Source of the DNA: Eledone cirrhosa
Lineage: Eukaryota
Length of the DNA stretch: 64,000 bases
NCBI GenBank assembly: GCA_964016885.1
Contig: OZ024750.1
Span: 13,702,001-13,766,000, forward strand
Reading direction: 5' to 3'
Shown: positions 46,483 through 59,333 of the stretch, in pieces
How the letters are laid out: each line of letters opens with the position of its first letter
How positions within the stretch are numbered: position 1 is the first letter of the stretch
Made by a program: the position numbers and the translations under genes
The notes under the pieces: model-generated
Databases searched by the model: none
Told to the model about the DNA's origin: nothing
Seen by the model: the letters and a program-made list of their open reading frames with translations, nothing else

Positions 46483-48369
46483 TACATGCATTCATACATA
46501 CATGATGGCTACCCCCTTGTTATTGAGTATGGCCATTGCACAATATAACATTATTAATAATTATTAATTAATTCTATCGTGCAATGCCTGTGCGTGAAGA
46601 CTTTTTTAAAGTGAAGAAAGACTGTGCACTGAGCCAATCCCACTCTCTGAGCGACAGTAGCTATAACCTGAAAAGAAGAAATGATCATCGGTAACTACTG
46701 AGCTGCAGGTTTTATTTCCGAGTTATCCCAGTTTCTTGAGTTACCTTCTCCTAGAAGAATGCCCTGACAAAGGCAAGGGGTCCTTCACTCCCAGTGGTTT
46801 AACCGTGTGATCGGGTAGCCAGCCCGATTATTTCTATGTGCCCGCGCATATACATACACATGTATACATGTGTATACATACATATATACATATTTACACA
46901 TTTTCGGATAGCCGTTGACTCTTATGAATTCTTCTGCCCTTTGTCAGGTTTTGTTTTTTTGTCCTGCAGGGTGTTCAAAATCACCCTCCTCACCAAATAA
47001 ACTTGGTGGGGTTGCCGGTTTAGTTGCCAACAACCCGACCATGCAACAGGTTGTACTGAGTTCCAAGTTACCAGAAGCATTCGAGAGTGACCCGACATAC
47101 ATATATACACACATACATACACACATACATACATACATACATATATACACACATACATACATACACAACAAAATATACCCATCCCATACTTACACGGTTG
47201 TTATGCAAATCAAAATGCAAATCTGTATGAGCAAGATGTGGTCACCTGACCTGACTTTTCTCATAATAATAATAATAATAATGAAATATTGTGTACAGGT
47301 GCACTACAACTCATCAAAAAGTGTATGTATAGTACATAGGGTAATGTACAAACGTCAGGTAAATGAACAGTGCATGAGTCATGATATACACCTGTGCATG
47401 TGTATGGAATGTGACAACCCACCTATCCCATGAAAGAACAGATGTTAAACGATGATGATGATGATGATGCTGATATATATATATATATATACATATACAA
47501 AATTTAAGTTTTAGTCCTGTAGAAGCCATTTCTATATTAGATTTTGTATATACTCTACTATTGTATTGAGTACTTCGCTTACTGTGGTTATCCCCGATTG
47601 AACGTAGGTCTCACATGTATGTGTGTATGTATGCTTATATATATATAATTTTTATTTTGCTTTCAAATGTCAAAGTTGTGTCAGATTTCACTAAGAAAAT
47701 CTCCACAGCTCAAACAGAGATCAAATTACCGTTGGGTGGATATAACGTTATGGAGACCTTCACCTGACTGTAATTTTCCAGGTAATTTTCCAGTGGTGAA
47801 ACATTGAGAGCTTTGACTGAAGTCTATAAATATCTTTCTTCCACCAATCTCCTTTTGTCATCATTTTTTCCCCCTACTTTCTTAGATACAGCTAAGCACC
47901 CTATTTTATGTGATGTGTACACTGAATGATTACCGAATGCAGGAGCTGGCGCATTCTACACAAGCTCCTACAATTTTTGTACTTAATTATATGTGTATAT
48001 ATATCATCATCATCATCGTTTAACGTCCATCTTCCATGCTAGCATGGGTTAGACGGGAGTTGTGCCACTTGAGGCAAGGTTGGTCAGGTGACCATGTCTC
48101 GCTCGTATAGGACTATTTGGCAGGCTTTCTATGGCTGGATGCCCTTCCTAACACCAACCACATTTACAGTGTGGACTGGGAACTTTTTACCGTGTAACCT
48201 ACACGACCACATTACAGTGTGGACTGTGATTTTTTTTTTTTAAAGAGCTGGGGCATATATATATATATATGCCCCATCATGGCCTCAGCCGGATGGCTGG
48301 AACAGGTAAAAGGCTAAAAGGGTATACCTTATTGAGCCCTCTTCGGATTTTAGTCTTCACATTTATTAT

Positions 48370-48399
<30 letters not shown>

Positions 48400-48405
<6 letters not shown>

Positions 48406-48870
48406 ATAATTATTATTATTATTGTTATCATTATCATCATTGTTATTATTTTTATTATTTCCATTATTATTTTTATTGCGCATCATAACTGCTTTACCGA
48501 GCACAGTTCTGAGCACCTTGGGTGTGTGCAGTGTAGTTTTTGCTGATGCTGGTTCTATTACATTGATAGTACTTTTCGTAATATGTGTACAGTGTCTTTA
48601 GTGCTATTTGTTTGCATGCTGTATATATTTGTAAGTCCTGGGGTTTTGGTTATGTTTTTGTCTGTGTGCTTTTTTTTTTTATCATTCCCAGAGTACCTAT
48701 TATTATAGGTATTGTTTCAGTTTTCATTTTCCAGATCTTTACTTTCCTTAAAATCCTTGCTATACTAAGTTCTCTCTTTTGCATGACTTGTAACCTTGCA
48801 TCAATTCCAATTCTATTTACACAGTCCTCAAAATATATATATTGCAATGGCCATCAATATCAGGTATAGA
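48400..48870 (-). mobile_element. R4/Dong-like non-LTR 3' fragment followed by (TAA)n
   Basis: KIWKMKTETIPIIIGTLGMIKK...KVLRTVLG, then TAA/CAA-rich repeats. Confidence 0.68.
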
Positions 48871-48911
48871 GACGTTATAGTTTAGTCTAATTACGATTAT
48901 ATGACTCTTTA

Positions 48912-49253
48912 CGTTCTGAGTTCAAATCCCGCCGAGTTTAACTTTGCCTTTCATTCTTACAGGGTCGATAAAATAAAGCACCAGTAACGAACTGGGGTAG
49001 ATTTAATCGACTCCCCCCCCCCAAATGTTCTGGCCGTGTGCCTATACTAGAAACATTATTATTATTATAGGGTGGCGGATTGGTAGAGCGTCGAACAATA
49101 TGCATGGTGGCATTGAGTTACAACCCTTTACGTTCTGAGTTCAAATCCCGACGAGGTTAACTTTGGCTTTCATCCTTACGAGGTCGATAAAATAAAGCAC
49201 CAGTAATGTACTGGGGTAATTGCTGGCCTTGTGCCAAAAGTAGAAACAATTAT
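48912..49253 (+). mobile_element. Two adjacent SINE family A copies
   Basis: B box GAGTTCAAATCCC and family core present twice. Confidence 0.83.
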
Positions 49254-49296
49254 TATTTTTGTTTGTTTGTTATTGTTGTTGTTAATTCCTTCCTGA

Positions 49297-49607
49297 AGGC
49301 CGTTCATCACCTGAAAAGTTCGTAAACCAAAACTATTTTTCCCATATGAAATGTTGAGAGAGAAATACAGTGAAAGAGAGAGAGAGAGAGAGAGAGACTG
49401 TGTTTGAAAGGCAGATAGATATCACCTTAGTAAATAACTACACAGCAAGTGACACTTTCTTGCCAATACTCCAAACTTGCTGACAACCGTTGTTGCTGGC
49501 TTGTATTTTCGTTTACTTTGTGAACTGAGACATTTTATGTTCGTAAAATTGCTCGAGAAGCGATTTGTTCGTAATGAGAGGCGTTCGTGAACCGAGGTTG
49601 CACTGTA
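49297..49607. mobile_element. Tigger/pogo-like remnant
   Basis: Right end TTCGTGAACCGAGGTTGCACTGTA with repeated TTCGT subterminal motifs. Confidence 0.5.
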
Positions 49608-51689
49608 TATACAACTTAATTTGAAATTTCTACTCAATAAGATTTTACTTTTTTATATTTAATTTTGTTTAACAAGTTAACTACAGGAATACATTTTTAT
49701 GAAGAAAGGGAGATAATTCAAAACAAGAAGAGCAAGGACTATTAGACGAGGGAAGAAAGAGAGGTGGGGGGTGACAGATTCTACACCTAGTTCAGAGCGT
49801 TGTTTCGCCAACAGAAACTTTTAACTGCTTTATAGCTGCCCTTGTTTTTCAGTTTTATTTAATCTTATTTATTCTTCTTTTACCTCCTGTTGGCCTTCTC
49901 TTCTTTATCCCTCTGCCTATCTTGTTTTTGTTTTTAACTGTAAGGGGTACTGGAGACCCAACCCTACAGAGAGATGGAGGCGATGACTGGGTGTTCGGCT
50001 CTTCCACGTTCGGTCCATATCCTTGTGGTTGTGTTCACTAGGCAGTTAATTAGTCTGTTGAAAGATTATATTAAGTCTAGGGAGATCTAAAAGCAACAAT
50101 AATATTTCTCCTCTTCCTTTTCTAAAACCATTATAGTATGCGAATTAAACTCGTCTAAAGTTTGTCATGGTTTACTAATTCTATACGGACGCTTAAATTG
50201 ATTGACTATATAAATTAGGTTGCTCTCAGAAACTACAAGTTATATAGCGGCCCAGTATTTTCATCTGCCTTTAATATTAAAACAAAATCATATATCTAAT
50301 TTCCAAATTTTAGATATTTCCAAACCTATGCAATAATTCTAAATATTAAAAGACTCAATTATTATTAACCAATCCCGCCGAGGTTGACTTTGCCTTTCAT
50401 CCTTACGGGGTCGATAAAATAAAGTACCAGTAATGCACTGAGTTTTTGATGGCCTTGTGCCTAAAGTAGAAACAATTATTATTAACAAAACGTGGGTTAA
50501 TAAAGGGGAGTTATCAAGATGTATTAGTAACAGTCGAAAAAGAGTTATCTCCTATTACTGTTGCTATAGTGACAGCAACGAAAGAGCTTTAGATTAAACA
50601 GGCAGAATTTTAATAACATTTTATCTTCAATCTATTCACATTTTCTTTGGTATTTTGTGTCTTAATGACTAAATTTGTTTCTATAATTTATATAGCATTG
50701 ATTTAACGAATGAATCCTATGAAATGTTAGTGACATCTCGTATTTCTTTTCTATTTCTTAATAGTTCTGTTCATATAGACAAACAGCTATAGCAAAATTA
50801 AGTGGCACGTTTCACAAATCTGACCGAGCTTGTGAAAAAAACCTCTACGGAAATAATACATTAGCACAAATTCCATTATCACCCCTCGATCCATGTTGAG
50901 CAATCTACGGTTAAGATCAACTAAGGATTTGGAAAACAAGTCGTAAATATTAGTCGATTATTTTACTGTAAAAAGTTTTTAAGGCAGAAGTTTAGCAACA
51001 CGAAACTTTAAATGTGAAGTGGCAAATTATTCCGCAGCAAATAAAGACATATGAGTAAACAATAGTGTTGTAGCAGAATACATGCATGGTCTTTCTGGTA
51101 CATTTGCATAAGTTCAACGAATGTTGTTAGTGCTGATGTTGTTGCTGTTCTTCTTCCCTCTCCTTTTTCTTCTCCGTCGTCGTCGTCTTCCTATTTCTGA
51201 GATGGCTGGGGGGAGGGGGTCCTCAAACACTTCATCCAGCGAGTCCTGTCAGAAGCAACCGTCTCCAATTGATCAGGCTGGATCCCCAAGCGAGATCAAC
51301 CGAGCTCAACGAATGCTTTCTATAATAAAATAACATGTCAGATGAGAGAGGCAGTATAGTTCAAGATATTGCGAGAGGAGGACTTCTGATGAGTAAAATA
51401 AACCTTCCAGTAAACTGCTAATAATTGTTTTTTTTTACAAATCTAAAACTGATAATGAATTTTGTAGAAAAGTATTTTCAAATGAAAAATATGAAAGTAG
51501 TGTTGCCCAAATGATATATAGTATATATGAACACGTACCTCCCAATTTAGCCGTAGTCACATATATACAGCGATCTTGGACATATTTTAAATATGCTAGA
51601 GCTAATATTCTCTCTCCAGGCCTGAATACAGCCGATTTCTTTCACGCTACTGTTTCCCCAATTAAATATAATGGTCATTTCTTGGTATT

Positions 51690-51885
51690 CTTCAATCTTT
51701 GCACCGGATGCCGTCGAAACCTCGGACCCCATACAGCCAACCTCCTCCGTAAAATCGGAAGAAGCCCGGCGAGGGCCATTGACCGCAGCAATGCCTTTGC
51801 CAATTTGTACTCGGGGTGCAGCTGAAACACCACTCTGACTGAGGTTATAGAGTCTACCACCCTTTCCTCTTCCGTTGTTTAATAA
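51690..51885 (+). mobile_element. CRE-like RLE 3' fragment
   Basis: FAPDAVETS / GPHTANLLRKIG..RSNAF; 3' flank similar to that of the 56-kb copy. Confidence 0.62.
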
Positions 51886-52013
51886 CCCTTACACTTTACC
51901 CCCCTCCCCCTTTTTTTTCTCATAATCTTTTGTAATGCTTTATTTTTCTTTTATTGATTCCTATTGATTTATTTCTTTTGAATATTTCATATTCATTATC
52001 TATATTACATAAT

Positions 52014-52200
52014 GGTGGATTGGCAGTATCGGTAGAAGGTCGGACGCCATGCTTTCCAGCATAGTTACGTCCCTTTACGATCTGAGTTCAAATCCCACCA
52101 AGGTTGACTTTGCCTTTCATCCTTACGGGGTCGATAAAATAAAGTACCAGTAATGCACTGGGTAATTTGCTGGCCTTGTGCCTAAAGTAGAAACAATTAT
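52014..52200 (+). mobile_element. SINE family A, full length
   Basis: A box, B box, core and TAGAAACAATTA end; partial copies also at 8340-8460(-), 50371-50480(+) and 53384-53503(+). Confidence 0.87.
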
Positions 52201-52710
52201 CTATATTACATAAATTGTGTTTATATGTACAAAACGGAATAAATAAAAAGGTTATACTAGTTTCATTAATCCAAAAAAAAATTATCTAATATCCAACGTT
52301 AGCAAAATTTACTTGAGAAGACATTTCCGATAATGTTGCTGATAACAAAACAATGAAAAGACAAAGAATGTTTAACGGTAGAAATTTCACACGCCTTCCC
52401 TTCCCTCGACTTATCTCTCTCTCTTCCTTCACCTCGTTCTCTCGCTTTACTGGGTTTTTTTCTTCTTTATTTTGGTCTTTCTTCCTCTCCACTTACTTTG
52501 TCTTTGTATCTCTCCCTCTTTGAATTCTCCTTCACTTTCTCTCTCTCTCGCGCGTCATGTGTGTATGTTTATCTTAGTCCATTTCTCCTCTCTATCCACC
52601 CATCTCCTCCTCCCTTCTCATGCATTTATGTGTCACGGGGGAGGTGAGGAACTAGGCTATGTCAGAGTAGAGACGAAGGGAGGGAGGCAATAACAACAAG
52701 TTATAATCAA

Positions 52711-52760
52711 CCAATCACTGTATCGGTAGTGGTTGTGACGTCATTTCCGTAAACAACATT
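52711..52760 (+). promoter_or_regulatory. Candidate promoter: CCAAT plus overlapping CRE/ETS element
   Basis: CCAAT at 52711 and TGACGTCA at 52736-52743, immediately followed by TTTCCG. A strong CAG|GTGAGT donor at 53271/53272 could end a non-coding first exon. Confidence 0.5.
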
Positions 52761-53514
52761 TGAGCGTCAGTTAGTGTGCTGTAATGTCAGTCAACACATC
52801 TTTATAACTACATGGCACACACAATTGTATATACATATATATGTTATAAACCATATATATTTATATAGTTCAGATGATGAGATAAGAGGGCAATGATTTT
52901 ATAGAATCAAATTGACATCAGCCATTGAAACCCCCTAAATATATGTATACATACCCGTTATACGTTTGCATAATCCGTTGTTTGTTGTTATTATAGCGTC
53001 AACTGATCCAACCAACCAGCCAACAATTTGTTGGGTTTAAAAAAAAATAACCAATCACCAAAAGCAATCAGACAAGAACAACACATTGATAACCATTTAC
53101 GATCGAACAAGACATATATATTGTGTACGTTCGATAGCAAACAAAGGGGTAATATACTATATTCTTCATATACCTTCCACTCCAAACAGTTCTAATAATA
53201 CCCGAGTTATTTATTGTGGATTAATTATTGTGGATTAATTTACCTTACTCCATTTCTCCAAGAATATACAGGTGAGTGAAGTTATTGTATTTGTTATATA
53301 GACTGAAAATAGCAGACTACAAACTTTCTTGTATATTTATTATCTCTTCGTGTTATTTTATTAATATTATTTCTACTTTCCCTTCTGAGTTCAAATCCCG
53401 CCGAGGTCAACTTTGCCTTTCATCCTTACAGGGTCTATAAAATAAAGTACTAGTAATATACTGGTATAATGGCTGGCCTTGTGCCAAATGTAGAAACAAT
53501 TATTAATATTGCGT

Positions 53515-54045
53515 CTTAGTGTTTGTTTAGTCTTGTGTGTAATCTTTGTTATTGTTTGTGTGGTCTTTGGGTAATCAATGTATAGTGTTTGTGTAATCTG
53601 TGTAATGTTTGATTTGTGTGTGTAGTGTTGTGTGTAATCTGTGAGAAGTCTTTGTGTAATGTGTGTAGTGCTGTGTGTAATCTTTGGGTGGTGTCTGTGT
53701 AATATTTGGGTGGTGTTTGTGTAATCTTTGGGTGGTGTTTGTTTTGTCTGTGTGTAGTCTTGGGTAGTGTTTGTGTTGTGCGCGCGTGTGTGTGTAATGT
53801 TTGGGTAGTGTTTATGTAATCTTTGGGTGGTGTTTATGTTCTCTGTGTGTAGTCTTGGGTAGTGTTTATGTAATCTTTGGCCAGTGTTTATGTGTGTAGT
53901 GTTTGTATTGTCTGTGTGTAGTGTTTGTATTGTCTGTGTGTAGTGTTTGTATTGTCTGTGTGTAGTGTTTGTGTTGTCAGTGTGTAGTGTTTGTATTGTC
54001 AGTATGTAGTGTTTGTATTGTCTCTGTGTAGTGTTTGTGTAGAAT
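53515..54045. repeat. Degenerate GT-rich ~20-22-bp minisatellite
   Basis: Units like GTAGTGTTTGTATTGTCTGTGT and GTAATCTTTGGGTGGTGTTTGT. Confidence 0.85.
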
Positions 54046-54410
54046 AATGTTGATTTTGATTGCCTTGGCGCAAGGCCATATCTTCTACAGAAAGAGGCAA
54101 CGTTTATCAATGGCTTGTTATTTTATCGATCATAATGAGATGAACGGTGAAGGCAAACAGTAAAATTTGAATTCGGAATAGTTCGACAATAAAATTAACT
54201 AAATACTGTATGGTATACATGATTCTTTTAATTAGTCATAGAAACTTCTCAACTTGTTGAGAAGCTTCTGTGACAATTTATAATGAATGTAAACCACATA
54301 AATGCCTTTCGGTTCCAAGACTGTGAAACTAGTCACGTTGGTATTTGATTAAATTTCATACTTTATGACAAATTTACAGGGGGTCAAAAAATTATATGGT
54401 GTGGCCCTTA

Positions 54411-54490
54411 TATTAGGTTGTAACGTAAATTCCCGTCGTTTTTATCAAACAAATTATAACAACGGAGGGGATTTATGTTACAACCTAATA
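54411..54490. mobile_element. 80-bp palindromic mariner-type MITE (MADE1-like)
   Basis: TA-TTAGGTTGTAACGTAAATTCCC ... GGGGATTTATGTTACAACCTAA-TA. Confidence 0.8.
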
Positions 54491-55536
54491 CATTTCCCAT
54501 TGGTATAAGTAGCACCAAATAACAAGGAATGGCTTCAACTGGGTAAAAATGATTTTATGTTATTTTTGTACAACCCGAAGTCAGCTCTGGTCGAACAGAC
54601 TTACATACTCATCGTTTCTTAAAAAACAGTTCGGTGTGATTTGAGTGAAATTTAGCTCTTATTTCGAGCGATATAAAGGCTTTCACGTTGACTCATGTCT
54701 AGAAATGTTTAGCTCCAGTTCAACTTTGCCCGAGAAGATTTATATTCAAAAGTATTCGAACCATAACGGTCCGATCTTTTTAGGGTTATCTACGACTACA
54801 TTATGTAATATATCTTTGAAAGCTAAAAAGAATTTGGTTAGTATTTCTAGCAGGGTTCCCTCATTGCTTCGCGTCTGTGATTCACTTGCCAGTCTTTTAT
54901 TATCTACACACACACACACATTATAATACAACATCGCTATTTTTCTTAATGTAAAATCTTTTATAAAATTTGTAAAATTAAAACGGGTTGTTGACTTAAA
55001 TATCACAATTTTCCATATTGCATGAAGAAAAGAAAAATATAGTTGGTTCTTAAATCGTAAAGTGCATGTTAAAACCTGCCAAAGACAAACTTACAAAAAG
55101 CTAACTACTTCACTTTTGTGTATTTAAAAACAAACTTCTTTTGTATCAGTCTCCAAAATAATTACCACCTGCTTTTATACGTTATTCTGTCTATTTATAT
55201 TTATATGTCCGTATTTGTCTCTATCCATCTGTCTGTTCAGATATTTTCATATTCTGCTGGCTTTTTTCTATGTGCTTAGATTTTCATGGAATGAATTATA
55301 AACCTTTCTACGATAGAAAATCGTTTGGTTTTATCGAAAAATATGAGAGAACTGGCTCCAACATTAAGACAAAATATGGCAGGTTATAGAAACACAACAT
55401 AAATTCTGCAGTGGATTTTAACTTCTGATCTGCTAGTTAGTAAACCTATGTGTGTGTGTATGCATATGTCTGTGTGTTTGCATATGTCTGTGTGTTTGTT
55501 TGTATCTGTGTGTATGTGTGTGTGTCTATGTTTGTA

Positions 55537-55596
<60 letters not shown>

Positions 55597-56039
55597 CGAG
55601 AAACGTCCCATAAGCTTAATTGGAACGTTCATCTTCATCTATGACGAAAAATTGCCTGCATGCGTTATAAGTAAAGGTAATCAGCCCAAACAAGAATCGA
55701 ACTTGTACTCTAGGCTCTTGCTTGGATCTTGTGTGTGAATGGGGGAGTTCGATAGTGAAACTAGAACAAATAGTTATGAGCTTTGTTCCAATTGTAACAT
55801 TTCCACTTGTGGCTTTGTTTGTTTGTAATTCAACCCTTTAAACTGAAACTTCACGTGAATATTTAACATATATGTACCGCACGTGATACATTGATATCAA
55901 TTAATTCAACAGATTCATCAAACATTCCAATTCAAACCGTAGAAAAAATAATTAAATGAAATAAAAGAAAGAAAGGGAAAGAAGGAAAAAGAGAATTAAA
56001 TCAACGAAGCAGGGAGAGGGAGGACCATACTACATCCCA

Positions 56040-56385
56040 GACTCAGTGGTGATTCAACTGTGTTCTGTAGACAGAATGGTGAAGGTATTGCCACGGGGAG
56101 TGGCCAGAGATACCCACTGCAACAGCCACCCCGCCTCACGGGGCTCCTTCATAAGGCGGTCTTTCCGATTTTGTGGAGGAAATCGACAGTGTGGGGGCCC
56201 AGGGCACCAGATGTCCTGACTGTGACAGGTACGAAAAGGAAGCGGTTGGACAAGCCCCAGTATTTGTTTATCTTCCTCTCCTCGACATTGTAGGCGGCGG
56301 TGCCCAGGTTTGCGGCCGAAGCGAGAGGACATGTCACAACATGTTGCGTCCCAGATTAGGGATTTACCTTCCATCAAATGGGAAG
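56040..56385 (-). mobile_element. CRE-like (restriction-like endonuclease) non-LTR retrotransposon 3' fragment
   Basis: SLIWDATCCD...EERKINKY..L..FVPVTVRTSGALGPHT..FLHKIG...EPREAGWLLQWVSLA..RGN. Confidence 0.8.
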
Positions 56386-57384
56386 AGGAAGGTGGAATGT
56401 ATTGTATCCGATGTATAGAATTTTTTTCTCTCCTTCATAAACACATCTCTGTTATAAAACATCTGCTCAATAAATTCTGTTTTTCATACAGAATTTGTTC
56501 AACTTCTTCCCTATTTTCTTGCAATATTTTAGTAAACCCTATAATTTTAAAATTCCAAATGTTTGGAGCCTCATAACTTAACTAGCACAGGACCTCATTT
56601 GTCCTAAATCAGGCACTGATAGTCAGGGATTTCGGAGTGGACTATGTCCCCTTCCGTTTTAGATGTCTGCTATTTTTCAGGGATGCCTCAGTCATTATAT
56701 TAAGGCTGTTACTGATTGATTCATTATTGATCGAAGGTTCGCGTCCGAGTTCTTAAAAACAACAAAATATGCACATACACACAAGTCATCGAAGGAACCT
56801 GTCCGACTAGCTAGAAATAGCAGCCAAATCATTCTACCGTTTTATAGAAGAAAAATGCACACTGGACAATGTAAACCTAGATTCCAATACGAAAAAAAGA
56901 AAAAAAGATTAGGTTAGACATTCATAGTTAAAACATGAGTTTGATCGATTCATACTTGTCCTGGGGTTAAACAGTTGCACCACCCAGGTCGGTGTTTTGA
57001 AAAACAGAAAAATACACTTCACAAGCTTTTATCAGACTTGTCTGTATGTGATAGGTTTAGTAAAATTTAAGTTTTGATGTTTTGCCTATAACAAAATAAA
57101 CAACGTGTTTTTGCAATGTCATGAATATTTTGGTCTAAGTACAAAATATACATACATTCTAATGCTGAGTCAACTAATTAAAAATCTTCAGTATAATTAC
57201 CAATTCCAGCTGCCAATTTATTTTCTTCGTTCCAAAACATAATTAATTGGGTCAGATAGCCTTGTTTACATTCTATTAACTTCGTATATTTTGTTGTTGT
57301 GAATACAGTGGCCATTTCTGACATATTACCACTTCACCTATAACCTTGCTTCAGCCAATAAAACTACGCAGTTCAACTCTTTAT

Positions 57385-57830
57385 CAGCAACAACGACACT
57401 AAAAACTGCCGCAGCACCACCACCAAGACCAGCAGCAGCAGCACCAGGACCACCAACAACAACACCGCCACCACCAACAGCAGCAGCAGCAGCACCACCA
57501 ACAACAACAACACCAGCAGCGCCACGACCACCAACAACAACACCGCCACCACCAACAGCAGCAGCAGCAGCACCACCACCAACAACAACAACACCAGCAG
57601 CGCCACGACCACCAACAACAACAACACCACCACCACCAGCAGCAGCACCACCACCAACAACAACAACACCAGCAACACCACCAACAGCAGCAGCAGCACC
57701 ACCAACAGCAACACCACCAACAGCAGCAGCACCACCACCACCACCACCAACAGCAGCAACAACAACACCAGCAACACCACAACCACCAGCAAGACCACTA
57801 ACAGTAGCAATAGAACCACCACCCACACAC
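57385..57830. repeat. Compound trinucleotide repeat (CAA/CAC/CAG) with internal block duplications
   Basis: The block CCACCAACAACAACACCGCCACCACCAACAGCAGCAGCAGCAGCACCACCA recurs; accounts for the poly-G/V/A, poly-L/V and poly-C/W ORFs. Confidence 0.93.
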
Positions 57831-58439
57831 ATAACACAACCCCCCCCCCCCATATTTTGTCAGACACAAACGCCTTATCTCTCAGTGGAGGAGAAGAAGC
57901 ACTACAAAACAGCCAAGAATAAGACACAAAAAACCCCATCATACAATGCACTCTCCCATACACCAACACCGACTCTAGAAAACTCAAAACACGCATCTAC
58001 AACAACACCAACTCCACCACCACCTCATCTGACAACATAACCACCATCAACACTCTACCACAACAAAAAGAAAGCATTAGAAACACACAACAGCACAAAC
58101 ACTAAACTCTGTGTTACTGAGGAAGGCAAACCAAGAACTAATGTCCACCATAACACAAAGTAAGGCTATCAAGAGATAGAGGGAGAAATCTTTGAAACCA
58201 GCATTTTTTAAATGCCCGATATGCTAATAATGGTTTGCATGTCCCTTGCAAAATATAAAAAACATTAGAGAGAGCTTCCCCTATGACATTTGGGACCTCT
58301 AATGTAAAGGCCACCCGTAGGCTTTTAAAGGAGTTCCCGAAAGAACCCCCACCAGACATGGAGGTTGTGTCACTCGATCTCCAAGAGTGCCAGGCACCCA
58401 TTTTCTTTTTCATTCAACTCTATCCAGCCAACAGAGGAA

Positions 58440-58770
58440 TTCTAAGAGACGGGTGTATAAATGTACATGGCCTAGGGTTGTCCTGTAAGCAAAGTCAATT
58501 GCTCGATAACCTCACGTTACTATGGATGTGATAGTCGCCAGCAACACCAGGATTTCTGATACACATGCTCTAGCCCCTATTTTTCATTACTCTGAGATCT
58601 GCGCATCTCTTAATCAGCCTGGAATGCGGGACAGGGTGGCAGGGCTGTTTAGAAAAGGCCTGGATCTTGAGGCATGGACGATCTTCCTGGACCCGGACAG
58701 TAAGTTGGTGGACCTGGATATGATCAATAGCAAAGGTGGTGTTTTTAGACTGGTGGCCATTTATGTCTCA
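58440..58770 (+). mobile_element. Tx1/L1-like APE endonuclease remnant
   Basis: GCINVHGL...DVIVASNTRI...VAGLFRKGL...DPDSKLVDLDM...FRLVAIY (frameshifted). Confidence 0.72.
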
Positions 58771-59145
58771 ACTGTTATTATTTTGTGTCTCTTCAAATGG
58801 TGTAAGACAGAACAAAGGAGAAAGACAACAACAAAGGAAGTAAAATTTGTTGTTCTTAATATACAACTTTTAATTACTGGAGACAATCCTTTAAATTAAG
58901 ACATTCTTTATAGTTTAATAATTGTTTCTACTTTAGGCACAAGGGCAGCAATTACCCAGTGCATAACATAACTATCACAGAGCCTCATTTGTCCTAAATC
59001 CAACACATATCCAGCACTGGTAATATGGAATCATATAAGTTGTTCAATTTATTGGTTTTAGTATTTGCTTAGCATTCTAGCCATGACCACTTTATCTTAA
59101 TCCTTTCATGACCATATTTCTAAAGAAATACATTGTTTCAATTAA

Positions 59146-59333
59146 TTAATTGTTTCTACTTTTTTACACAAGGCCAGCAATTACCCAGTGCATTACTGGT
59201 ACTTTATTTTATCGACCCCGTAAGGATGAAAGGCAAAGTCAACCTCGGCGGGATTTGAACTCAGATCGTAAAGGGACGTAACTATGCTACAAAGCATGGC
59301 GTCCGACCCTCTACCGATACTGCCAATCCACCG
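59146..59333 (-). mobile_element. SINE family A, full length
   Basis: Reverse complement of 52014-52200 with few differences. Confidence 0.87.

Noticed and set aside
53391-54110. 239-aa Thr/His/Gln-rich ORF
   Set aside because: Made of a GT-rich minisatellite read antisense plus SINE sequence.
57338-57996. Gly/Val/Ala-rich (cuticle- or silk-like), poly-Leu/Val and poly-Cys/Trp ORFs
   Set aside because: All three frames are open because of the trinucleotide repeat; no signal peptide or splice support.
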